A stretch of DNA of 34,571 nt, taken from NCBI GenBank assembly GCA_016839785.1, contig JAEOTQ010000194.1, positions 1 through 34,571 of the forward strand. The letters are read 5' to 3'. The notes beneath the pieces are model-generated. The model saw only the letters and a program-made list of their open reading frames with translations. It did not search any database and was not told where the DNA came from. Source of the DNA: Candidatus Hodarchaeota archaeon (GTDB lineage: Archaea; Asgardarchaeota; Heimdallarchaeia; Hodarchaeales; Hodarchaeaceae). The translations under genes and the position numbers were made by a program. Shown one piece after another: positions 8,657-17,586 of the stretch. The first letter of the stretch is position 1; each line of letters begins with the position of its first letter.

Positions 8657-10030
8657 ATGGAGAATCAAAAAAGACTATTTAAAGATGAAGAAATTCTTGA
8701 ATGGATTACATCCCTTACAGAAGAAGATTTAGAAACAGTTCACAAAAAAAGTTTAGTTCCGTTTTATGATCAGGTCTTTGTTGAAGGAAAGGGAGTATAT
8801 CTGAAGGATCATACTGGAAAAGAATTTCTTGATTGTACGAGTCAGGCTTGGACTTCCAACATTGGTTTCGCAAATCCAGATGTAGCTTATGCGGTTTCTG
8901 AGCAAGTGAAAAGACTAACCCATGTACGTTATGGTTTCCCCACAATCCCAAGAATTAAGTTTATCCATAAACTCGCATCTATTACTCCAGAAGGAATGAC
9001 TAAGATAGCTGTGAATGCTATGGGAGGCGGAGCGGCAATAGAGGCAGCTCTGAAACTAACAATGATAAATAAACCAGGTGCCGAAACTTTTTATTCCTAT
9101 ACACGAGGCTATCATGGCAGTTCATTAGCTACGATGACTCTTGCTTCGAGATTTGCTGGTGTCACACGCTTTCGTCCATGGGGATTTGATAGGGTCTCTA
9201 AAATTCCTTTTCCATATTGTTATCGATGTCCTGTTGGTCAAGAGAATGAAAAATCATGTAAATTGGAATGTTTGGAACTAGCGAAACATCTCATTGAATA
9301 TGGATCTTTAGATAAAGTAGCTGGGATTTTAATGGAGCCCATTCAGGGCCCAGGTGGACATATTCCTGCACCAAAGCGATATATGAAAGAACTTAGAAAA
9401 TGGACTGATAAGAATAATATATTTCTAATTTGGGACGAATCTCAGCTCCTAACACGAATTGGTTATTGGTTCTCATCAGAGTACTTTGATGGTGTTAAAC
9501 CAGATATAACATGTTTAACTAAAGCCATCGGCGGTGGTTTACCGATGGGAGTTACTATTGCCCGTAAAGATCTTATTGGTTTTAACTCAGCGGAAGAACA
9601 TTCTACTTTCGGAGCTAATCCTCTAATGTTTGCATCAGGACTAGTATTCTTGAATTATGTTGAAAGAGCGAATCTGTTAGAGAACACTCGGAAACAAGGT
9701 ATGTACATTACGAAAAAATTGCAAAAATTAATGGAGGAATCGGAATATATTGGAGATGTTCGATGTCCAGGCTTAATGATTGGAATAGAACTAGTTATGG
9801 ATCGGGAAAGTAAAAAACCTGCTAATACTCTAGTGACCGACCTAATTGAAATTGCCAAGGACGAATTTGGTGTAATTTTTGGGACCTCAGCGCCTATTTC
9901 TAGTGATTCGGGTTCTTTATATCGCAATATTGTCAAAATTAAACCTCCTCTTACAATAACCCAAGAAGATTCTGATCATATCTTGGATGTATTTGAAAAA
10001 GCATTAGAAGAGGCTGTTGATTATTTATAA
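8657..10030 (+). CDS. Class III PLP-dependent aminotransferase (GabT/ArgD-like)
   Basis: GYHGSS, MEPIQGPGG, LIWDESQ, PDITCLTKAIGGGLP (PLP lysine) and HSTFGANP. Confidence 0.92.
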   Translation: MENQKRLFKDEEILEWITSLTEEDLETVHKKSLVPFYDQVFVEGKGVYLKDHTGKEFLDCTSQAWTSNIGFANPDVAYAVSEQVKRLTHVRYGFPTIPRIKFIHKLASITPEGMTKIAVNAMGGGAAIEAALKLTMINKPGAETFYSYTRGYHGSSLATMTLASRFAGVTRFRPWGFDRVSKIPFPYCYRCPVGQENEKSCKLECLELAKHLIEYGSLDKVAGILMEPIQGPGGHIPAPKRYMKELRKWTDKNNIFLIWDESQLLTRIGYWFSSEYFDGVKPDITCLTKAIGGGLPMGVTIARKDLIGFNSAEEHSTFGANPLMFASGLVFLNYVERANLLENTRKQGMYITKKLQKLMEESEYIGDVRCPGLMIGIELVMDRESKKPANTLVTDLIEIAKDEFGVIFGTSAPISSDSGSLYRNIVKIKPPLTITQEDSDHILDVFEKALEEAVDYL

Positions 10031-10045
10031 GTACGATGTGATTTA

Positions 10046-11644
10046 ATGGTTGTAAAGAAATTTCTTGCGTATGATCTCGGAACAACAAGTACGAAAGCAG
10101 TATTGATATCAAATGAAATTGAGTTCATTAACTCCTCGGTCATGGATTATCGAACTATATATCCTAAAGCTGGTTATGCAGAGCATAATCCTGAAGACTG
10201 GTGGAGAACTTTAACTCACACTACGCGCGAATTAATGAAGAAAACAAATACAAATCCTTCTGAAATAAATGCAATAACATTTAGTTCACAGATGCAAGGT
10301 TGTCTTCCTGTAGATAAATCTGGTACACCATTAATGAATTGTATGATTTGGTTGGATGGCCGAGGGGCGGAAATGATGTCCAAACTCTGGCCATGGCCAA
10401 GAATAATGGGTTACAATCCCTATCGCCTTTTTCGTAAGTTTTTGAAAATTACAGGAGGATCTCCCGGGTTAGCAGGGAAAGATGTTATTCCTAAAATTCT
10501 ATGGCTACAAAAGAATCATCCTGATCTTCTACAAAAAACTTTCAAGTTTTTAGATGTAAAAGATTATGTCATATATTTACTTACAGGAGTAATGGCCACC
10601 TCAACTGATCTTGCATATATTTGGTGGTTAATGGATTCACGGAAAGAAGGAGGCAAACCAAAGAATGAATGGTCACGATCCTTGTGTAGAACATTCAAGA
10701 TAGATATGGAAAAACTCCCTGAGCTTCGAAAGCCTACAGATATTATTGGTTCGTTGTCAGAAAAGGCCGCGCTAGAGTTAGGACTTGTGAAAGGTATCCC
10801 TGTCGTAAATGGTGCTGGTGATATGACTACAGCGGCCATTGGTTCAGGCGCAGTTTTAGATGGTGAACTTCACTGCCAAATTGGGACATCTGGCTGGGTA
10901 GCAGGTCATGTGTCAGAAAGAAAAGTAGATATTAGTCATTATACTGGATGTACAGGCTCTGCCTTTGCAGACCAATTTTATTTAGTGACAGGACATCAAG
11001 AAATCGCTGGTTCAGCTCTTGAATGGGCCAAAAACAATATTCTCTATTTCAAAGATGAACTACAAACGAAAGAAAAAAAGGACATCTATGAAATATTTGA
11101 CGAACTAGTATCAGATTGTCCACCAGGTGCAAAAGCAGCTGGAGGTACACATCTAATGTTCATGCCTTGGCTTTACGGGGAAAGATGTCCATTAGATGAT
11201 GATAATGTCCGAGGAGGACTGATTAATCTTTCTCTAGACCATGATAGACGTCATTTACTTCGTGCAGTATTTGAAGGGGTAGCATTCAATGCACGGTGGG
11301 CACTTCATACTGTAGAAAATCTCTATTCTCCCGTCGAGTGGCTTTCTATTATTGGAGGGGGGGCCAAATCTGAGGTTTGGTGCCAAATATATGCTGATAT
11401 TCTGAATAGAACGATTAAACGTGTTAAAAATCCGCAGGAAGCAGGAGCATTAGGTTCAGCTTTAATAGCTAAAATGGCTTTGGGAGAGATACAAGATTTA
11501 AATGAAGTGAAGCAGTGCTGTCACTACGATAAAGAATTTACTCCTAATCCAGATAACCGTAAGCTGTATGATGACCTTTTCGAAGAATTCAAGAATCTAT
11601 ACAAGCAAAACAAGAAATGGTTCAAACGAATGAATAGTAAGTAA
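10046..11644 (+). CDS. FGGY-family carbohydrate kinase (xylulokinase-like)
   Basis: YDLGTTSTKAVL, IWLDGR, GAGD, IGTSGW, PWLYGERCP, RAVFEGVAF and IGGGAKS. Starts 15 bp after the aminotransferase. Confidence 0.92.
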   Translation: MVVKKFLAYDLGTTSTKAVLISNEIEFINSSVMDYRTIYPKAGYAEHNPEDWWRTLTHTTRELMKKTNTNPSEINAITFSSQMQGCLPVDKSGTPLMNCMIWLDGRGAEMMSKLWPWPRIMGYNPYRLFRKFLKITGGSPGLAGKDVIPKILWLQKNHPDLLQKTFKFLDVKDYVIYLLTGVMATSTDLAYIWWLMDSRKEGGKPKNEWSRSLCRTFKIDMEKLPELRKPTDIIGSLSEKAALELGLVKGIPVVNGAGDMTTAAIGSGAVLDGELHCQIGTSGWVAGHVSERKVDISHYTGCTGSAFADQFYLVTGHQEIAGSALEWAKNNILYFKDELQTKEKKDIYEIFDELVSDCPPGAKAAGGTHLMFMPWLYGERCPLDDDNVRGGLINLSLDHDRRHLLRAVFEGVAFNARWALHTVENLYSPVEWLSIIGGGAKSEVWCQIYADILNRTIKRVKNPQEAGALGSALIAKMALGEIQDLNEVKQCCHYDKEFTPNPDNRKLYDDLFEEFKNLYKQNKKWFKRMNSK

Positions 11645-11651
11645 TTTAGAA

Positions 11652-12683
11652 TTAATTTGAGGATATTTTTAGGGTACGAAAATCGTCAGGATATTTCAAC
11701 TTCAGATAAATTTGAATTTCTGTCTCATCAATTGTTTCTAAGGCTGTTTCCTCATCAACTGACGACCTTTGTATTCTTGTCCAGTTAAGTAGATCTTTTC
11801 CTATTTTTAAACTTTTACGCATTGAATCTGATTCATCAACAATAAGAATCACTGAAAAATCTGAATCTTCGACTCGAACCAGTTTATAATTTTCATCTAA
11901 TTCTGAAGCTCCCGTTCGTTTCATGAGAATTTCTCTAACACCTGCTCCTAAAGAGGCTTGAGCGAAGGTATTTACTGCAGTAAACATACTAGTGAGCATG
12001 GAAGGATCGTAGGTAACTTCCTCCTCTTTAGCACTAGTACCAACCAGTAATCCAGACTCCGTTTTATAAATACACACGTTATGTATATTAATTTGTGGTA
12101 GTATTACTTCTCCTGTTAAAGTTTCGATTAACCAATCAAACGCTTGATAGAAATTCACACCTGACTTTGCAGACATATGAAAAATGTTAACAGCTCTGAA
12201 CTGGCCTTTTTGTTGAATTTCGTATAAATCAAAATGCTGTAAAAGCAAAACATAAGGATCTACACCAGAAAGGTCAGCTTTATTTGCTGCAAGTAGTAAG
12301 ATCCCATTCGGTTTGATATTGGGAAGCGCGTTAAACAGCGCTGCTTTACTTTCTTTAAATGATTCTGGATTTGAGCAATCAACTACGAAGACAACTGCTG
12401 TTGCAATCCGGAGATAATCTTCCCAAATCATATGAAAGGACTCTTGGCCTCCTAAATCAAAGGCCTGGAAATTTATATCTCGGTACTCAAACTGATCAAC
12501 ATTTAATCCCATTGTTCTGACTGAATTTCCGTGAAATTCTCCTGTTCGTAATCTTTGTAGAATAGTGGTCTTACCTGCAAATCCTAGACCAATAAATGTA
12601 ATTAACTTTTCCGCTATTGGTTCTTTAAAATCAATATCCTTAGTCTTCCCTCTTCGTCGGAATAGGCGCTTTAATAAGGACAT
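11652..12683 (-). CDS. Arf/Sar-like small GTPase fused to a C-terminal longin/roadblock-like domain
   Basis: G1 GLGFAGKTT, G2 RTMGLNV, G3 FDLGGQ, G4 NKAD and G5 SAK. N-terminal basic amphipathic segment MSLLKRLFRRR. The start is moved to ATG 12683, which follows GGAG. The C-terminal ~140 aa contain NVCIYKTESGLLV...MLTSMFTAVNTFAQ. Confidence 0.88.
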   Translation of the reverse strand: MSLLKRLFRRRGKTKDIDFKEPIAEKLITFIGLGFAGKTTILQRLRTGEFHGNSVRTMGLNVDQFEYRDINFQAFDLGGQESFHMIWEDYLRIATAVVFVVDCSNPESFKESKAALFNALPNIKPNGILLLAANKADLSGVDPYVLLLQHFDLYEIQQKGQFRAVNIFHMSAKSGVNFYQAFDWLIETLTGEVILPQINIHNVCIYKTESGLLVGTSAKEEEVTYDPSMLTSMFTAVNTFAQASLGAGVREILMKRTGASELDENYKLVRVEDSDFSVILIVDESDSMRKSLKIGKDLLNWTRIQRSSVDEETALETIDETEIQIYLKLKYPDDFRTLKISSN

Positions 12684-13035
12684 AGAAACACTCCAAAGAT
12701 CAGAACAGGAGAAAAAGGTTTTCTTTGAGTAACTAAAACACACATTTTAGATAAAGGTAGCTAGTCAAACCATCCGGAATCCAAAAATCGTTGTAAGATA
12801 TTTTTTGACGATATCATTATGAACTATTAGTCTGGGATATTCAATATTTCGTTCATTTTAGAATCACAAGGTGTTTCAATATCAGCTGGGAGTCCATGAC
12901 TTCAGAGTACCCTCTTAAAAGGGGCCTTTTCCTTACTTTTTTAAAGCTTCAATGCTATTAAGTATTTAAACGAAATTAAGGATTTTCAATTGTTAAAGTG
13001 ATCAAAAATCTAGTAGCAAAAGGATTGAATCCAGT

Positions 13036-13575
13036 ATGAGTACCTCAGAGGATTATCAAGGTATTTTAGTTTATAGTGAGTTTGATGGTAAAGTTGGACC
13101 AGTTGTTCGCGCACATTACCCTGAAAATCTTTATCCTGATGAGCTGAAACTTCTCGCATCAATGAGCATGCCCAATGTTGGCCAACAAACTAATCTTGAT
13201 ATCGCAGAATCCACGGGATTTCATGTCTTTCAAATCTCTGAATCGAAAATTGTGTGCAGCTACTATAAGTTCCTCCGAGGAAATATCAAAACATTAACTG
13301 GAGCTTCACTAGTATCGATCTCCTTTGTAACTGAACGTCTTATAAATCCTTTCAGATTTAAACCCTTCTTAGAACTAGTATTAACTCCGATGTTTCGAGT
13401 TGTGGTCGATTCAAAAGTCCTTCGTCAGATTGTTGATGCAGTTACTTCTACAGGTATGATTGACAAAGAAATCACGGCAAGAGGACCATCAGTTCGCGTG
13501 AAAGCACGAATTATCCAGGATACAGAATTGCCAATGTTTTATTACGAGTTAGAAAAGGATCTTGGTAAGATTTAG
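13036..13575 (+). CDS. uDENN/longin-like domain protein (NPRL2/SMCR8/DENN-like N-terminus)
   Basis: ILVYSEFDGKVGPVVRAHYP matches the hhhSEFxxxhGPxhxxxxP start of NPRL2/SMCR8-type longin domains. A helix and three apparent beta strands follow. Confidence 0.7.
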   Translation: MSTSEDYQGILVYSEFDGKVGPVVRAHYPENLYPDELKLLASMSMPNVGQQTNLDIAESTGFHVFQISESKIVCSYYKFLRGNIKTLTGASLVSISFVTERLINPFRFKPFLELVLTPMFRVVVDSKVLRQIVDAVTSTGMIDKEITARGPSVRVKARIIQDTELPMFYYELEKDLGKI

Positions 13576-14846
13576 TTTTTTTCTGGCTGTATACTACGTT
13601 TGTAAGTTTCTTTAAATATTAAGATAAAAACTAAGCACAGTAGTGCCACTAACCCGAGAAATAAGAAGCTAGTGCCAAAATTATATATATCAGCTAGATA
13701 ACCAAAAACAGTTGGGGCAATTGCACCAGTTAATGTGGCCCCTGAGAAGAGTATACCAAATGCAGACCCCATATCTTTGGGGGAAATTTCACTCATAATT
13801 GTTGGCAAAATTGCGGCACCTAGAAAGAAGAAGAAAGCGAGCACGAGATATACTCCTAAAACAAGGAATGTAAGAGTGTATGGAATTAGGGCTAAAACAA
13901 GTAACAAAACAGTAGCCACTCCATTTGATAATAACATAGAATTAATTCTGAAACTTATCCGAAGATCCCGGGATGCTCCTTTTGAAATACGCCAATTGTT
14001 CACTTGCCCCATTAAAAATGTAGCTGAGGCACCTATGCCGAGTATGATGGCGGTGAGTATTGAAGATTCGATTCTGGTGAACGAAAAAGCATCAGAAAAT
14101 ACAATGGTCGTAAAATAAGAAATGCATCTAAATACTGGAGCACGTGCAGCCGAAATCAGGACTATAAGGAATGTAAGGAGGGCTACATTCCTTTTTAGTT
14201 CCCCCTCTTTCTTAATTTCATTATTCTTGGTATTCATTAAACTATTATGCAATTCAGGAGAATTAGGAAAGAAAATCCATAATAAAAGGCCCGTGACTAG
14301 TTGTATCCCTGCAAACAATAAAAAAGCTGTTCTCCAATTCGTTAAAACTGCAAAAAACATTGCAAGGAGGGGTGTAGTTGCACTTCCTGAATTTCCGAAA
14401 ACAGAATTAATTCCCATATTTCGGTCTTGGTTCTTCATATTATTCAGAAAGGCAAAGGCGACGGGATGATATGTCGATAATGATATTCCTAGTACTATAG
14501 TTGCCAGTGCAAGATCGGTAAATGTCATTGCAAAGGACATCAGCACACTAAAAATCCCTAAACCTATAATACCGATCCAAATAAGGTGTTTCTTTGAGTA
14601 TGGATACTTATCTCCAATCCGACCGACTCCTGCTGAGAGTATCACCAATAATAGCATAGGAATTGATCCAAGTAGACCTTCCTCAGTATGAGTTAACGGG
14701 ATATCTGTTTGGAGATAAATTAGGAGCGCAGCAGTAAGATAGTTGCCTATATGGTTGCAGAAATGACCTAGTCCAGTCCACAAAAGAATCTTATTTTCTA
14801 AATTCAAGGAATAATGCACCAAGCGTGAAAAAAAATTTATGTTCAA
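13572..14846 (-). CDS. MFS transporter
   Basis: About 12 hydrophobic segments, motif A-like GRIGDKY, YHPVA and FGYLADIY. The stop overlaps the convergent gene by 4 bp. Confidence 0.88.
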   Translation of the reverse strand: MNINFFSRLVHYSLNLENKILLWTGLGHFCNHIGNYLTAALLIYLQTDIPLTHTEEGLLGSIPMLLLVILSAGVGRIGDKYPYSKKHLIWIGIIGLGIFSVLMSFAMTFTDLALATIVLGISLSTYHPVAFAFLNNMKNQDRNMGINSVFGNSGSATTPLLAMFFAVLTNWRTAFLLFAGIQLVTGLLLWIFFPNSPELHNSLMNTKNNEIKKEGELKRNVALLTFLIVLISAARAPVFRCISYFTTIVFSDAFSFTRIESSILTAIILGIGASATFLMGQVNNWRISKGASRDLRISFRINSMLLSNGVATVLLLVLALIPYTLTFLVLGVYLVLAFFFFLGAAILPTIMSEISPKDMGSAFGILFSGATLTGAIAPTVFGYLADIYNFGTSFLFLGLVALLCLVFILIFKETYKRSIQPEKN

Positions 14847-14871
14847 AAATCCCTCATCGAGCTATTTAGAA

Positions 14872-15954
14872 TCACTTGTCTGGTTTATCGAAAAACTCTG
14901 TAAGTTCCATCCTTTTGTCTCCATGATCACTTTTCTCAATCTGGGTGTAGTAATAAGTCAAATAATCAGTAAATAATGTCGTGTCTTGTCTTAAATTATC
15001 AAGTACATCCTGAGCAATCCTTATTTCATTAAATTCTTTCTTGGTAAAGGAAAATATCTTGTGATCCAATAAATCAGCAAAAGTTATCATATGTGATAAT
15101 TCTACATACTTTCGAATCGTTTGTTCAAGATGGGGTAATAAATTAACTGGTGGAGGGAAAAATTGATGTTCAGATATTCGTTGCTGGATTACTTCCCTAC
15201 GTGGAAATTTCTCATAACCAACACCTTTAATATTCAAGATTCTTGCAGCTGCAAGAGTACTACCTGTTCCAGCAAATGGATCAAGAATACTTGTTGCTCC
15301 CGTTAATTTTATACACCTATAAGGAAGCTCGATTGGGAATGGTGCTTCATGACCTTTTTTGATTGTGCTTCCTGTGGTTCGAGAGTAAGGAATAAACCAA
15401 ACATTTCCTGCATCCCGAAGATCTGACTTTGCATATCGTCCAATGTTAGATTTATCAGCATAAGGAATTCCAATTGCTTGTGGATTCATCTGATAGTTTT
15501 TCTGATCCTTTACAAAGACAAAGATGTACTCAAAAATATTATTTAAACGTCTACTTCGGCCAGAAGGAGTATAGTGACCTCTTCCTAGGAATGATTTTAA
15601 CCAGATAATCGTCTGAAGACGAATAAACCCTGATCGAGTTACTAATTCCGCTACTTTGTTTGAAAATCCTTGATTACTTGCTGAATCACCAGTATTTAAG
15701 AAAAACATCCCTTTAGAGGAAAGAACTCTAAAACATTCGGACCAAACTTGAAGCAGTAAAGCTTCGTATTCTGATTCAGATTTTTGATCATCATAAACGT
15801 TTCCCTTGTCATCTGAGTATATTTTACTTCGATTATACGGAGGTGAAGTTACTATTAGATCAATAGATGAATCCTTGAGTTCTTTCATGTCCTCAGAGCT
15901 TTTATAATATATAATTTGAGCTCCATATTTGTCAAAATTAGGGTCGGAATTCAT
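14872..15954 (-). CDS. Site-specific DNA methyltransferase (N4-C/N6-A, beta class), orphan, with C-terminal extension
   Basis: Catalytic motif IV IVTSPPY precedes SAM-binding motif I LDPFAGTGST, with HEAPFPIEL between them. No recognisable nuclease is adjacent. Confidence 0.9.
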   Translation of the reverse strand: MNSDPNFDKYGAQIIYYKSSEDMKELKDSSIDLIVTSPPYNRSKIYSDDKGNVYDDQKSESEYEALLLQVWSECFRVLSSKGMFFLNTGDSASNQGFSNKVAELVTRSGFIRLQTIIWLKSFLGRGHYTPSGRSRRLNNIFEYIFVFVKDQKNYQMNPQAIGIPYADKSNIGRYAKSDLRDAGNVWFIPYSRTTGSTIKKGHEAPFPIELPYRCIKLTGATSILDPFAGTGSTLAAARILNIKGVGYEKFPRREVIQQRISEHQFFPPPVNLLPHLEQTIRKYVELSHMITFADLLDHKIFSFTKKEFNEIRIAQDVLDNLRQDTTLFTDYLTYYYTQIEKSDHGDKRMELTEFFDKPDK

Positions 15955-16001
15955 TAGATCGCCAATTTACTAATAAAAAGGAGAATGAAGAAGATGATTG
16001 C

Positions 16002-17219
16002 TCATCTTCGATATTTTTTCCTTAAGGATACCAGTGCAACAATTCCTGCAAAAGCGGCAATTACGATCTCCACTTCAAAACCAGGTGCAGAAGTAGGGGG
16101 TTCTTCAGTAGTCGTCGTTGTTGTAGTGGTTGTTGTTGTAGGTATTTCCCATGGAATATGATTTGGGATATCTGTAGTATTGAATGAGAAAACGACTGAA
16201 CCATCTGCTCCAATCATATCAATCTCAATCCCATTTTCAGTGACATTCGCTAGGCAAATCTCATTGCCTTCATACCAGAAGTCATAACTTAACAACGTTC
16301 CTGGACCCGTAGGATTTTTCGCAGGATTGAAATGATCTGGGATTGGCTTGGTCAGCGCAGCTAATGACGTTCCACCTCCATTTATTAATATGTGAGAACT
16401 TCCAGCCTCACTACCAGTTGAGTGATTTCTATATGTATAATAGCCGTGATGATCATGACCATTGATAATCAGGTCTGCTCCAGTCTCAATTGCTTTGTCT
16501 GCAAAAACAGCACGAAAATCTTCATAATCCTGTTCACGCCCTGGATTAACGCCCCATAATGGTCTGTGCATCACAAGCACGATTTGTTCTATGGAATTAG
16601 CTGCAAGATCCTCTTCGAGCCAATCCATTTGGGCTTGTAATTTTACAGCATCTTTATCCATAGTATCTCCATAATTAAAGTTTTCGGTATTAAGAAATAT
16701 GAAATGAATGTCGCCTTGTGCAGTATCAAAGCTGAAGTACACTTCATTACCAGGATTTGCTACATTATTCTTGAAAACTACTAAGTCGGTATCATCAGGC
16801 ATGGTACTCCCTTCAATTTCATGATTTCCTACAGCCATGTAGATTGGTATGGAAGCATTAATAGCAGACATATGAGGCCAGTAATGCGTATCCCATTGAT
16901 TCTGGTCTGGACCATGGTTTACGGCATCACCTGTATGTACAGCGAATTGGATATTCAGATTTACATCTGCTAGTAAATCTGTCATAAGATCACTAACTAG
17001 TTCCATTCCTGTATTCACACCACTAGCATCATTACGGGTATCTCCAAAAATTATAAACTGATATGGTTCAAATACGGTTGTTTTTTGTTTTAAACCATTG
17101 TTTACAGAGAAAGCCTCATACGTGGTCGAATAGGTTAATAATACTAGTGTTAACATTGCTAATAAAATTACTCTTGACATATTCGTTTTTTTCACACTAA
17201 TCACATCATTTAAGTACAT
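16002..17219 (-). CDS. Secreted, surface-anchored metallophosphoesterase (purple acid phosphatase-like)
   Basis: Motifs GDTR, HTGDAV, VGNHE, MHRP and GHDH. Signal peptide (likely start MSRVILL at 17180), poly-Thr linker, and a C-terminal PGFE + TM + RKKYRR sorting signal. Confidence 0.88.
   Translation of the reverse strand: MYLNDVISVKKTNMSRVILLAMLTLVLLTYSTTYEAFSVNNGLKQKTTVFEPYQFIIFGDTRNDASGVNTGMELVSDLMTDLLADVNLNIQFAVHTGDAVNHGPDQNQWDTHYWPHMSAINASIPIYMAVGNHEIEGSTMPDDTDLVVFKNNVANPGNEVYFSFDTAQGDIHFIFLNTENFNYGDTMDKDAVKLQAQMDWLEEDLAANSIEQIVLVMHRPLWGVNPGREQDYEDFRAVFADKAIETGADLIINGHDHHGYYTYRNHSTGSEAGSSHILINGGGTSLAALTKPIPDHFNPAKNPTGPGTLLSYDFWYEGNEICLANVTENGIEIDMIGADGSVVFSFNTTDIPNHIPWEIPTTTTTTTTTTTEEPPTSAPGFEVEIVIAAFAGIVALVSLRKKYRR
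16107..16140 (-). repeat. Trinucleotide (ACN)n repeat encoding a poly-Thr linker
   Basis: The run gta gtc gtc gtt gtt gta gtg gtt gtt gtt gta on + encodes 11 consecutive Thr on -. Confidence 0.8.
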
Positions 17220-17438
17220 TTAGCCAATAAAAAAGTTATTTCTGTTCTTTAGAATCTGGCCAAATTGACCTTTTCGAACAGATAAAAATTTTTGGTTGGG
17301 GAATTATCATAATGTGATTTTTGTTAACTCAAAGGTCCTTTTTAAATGAAAGATTGAGTACAAATGTATAATTTAATAATTCTAAATTCTGACTCTAGAT
17401 TCTATGCATTAAATATCAAAAGCTTAATATTTTAGTTT

Positions 17439-17492
17439 TTTTTTCTCGTAACTCACACGGAAAACACTTCTGTTTTGCATTACGAGAAAAAA
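17439..17492. repeat. Perfect 13-bp inverted repeat enclosing a 6-bp inner stem, upstream of ssb
   Basis: TTTTTTCTCGTAA (17439-17451) pairs with TTACGAGAAAAAA (17480-17492). The inner stem is AAAACA-cttc-TGTTTT (17461-17476). Confidence 0.8.
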
Positions 17493-17586
17493 TACGTTCA
17501 CATAATCGAATTCGTTATTATCTATCTTGCTGAATATTCTTTTTCATGTTTGCATCAGAAAAAAACCGTGAAACATATCAATTATC

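Noticed and set aside
12684-12743. 20-codon N-terminal extension of the GTPase in the track
   Set aside because: ATG 12683 has a GGAG motif upstream and gives a typical Arf-like N-terminus.
12887-12926. Two small GC-richer hairpins in the GTPase/longin intergenic region
   Set aside because: The stems are only 5-6 bp with G-U pairs, too weak to call an RNA element.
14872-15954. Restriction-modification system
   Set aside because: The neighbours are an MFS transporter and a secreted phosphoesterase, with no nuclease partner.
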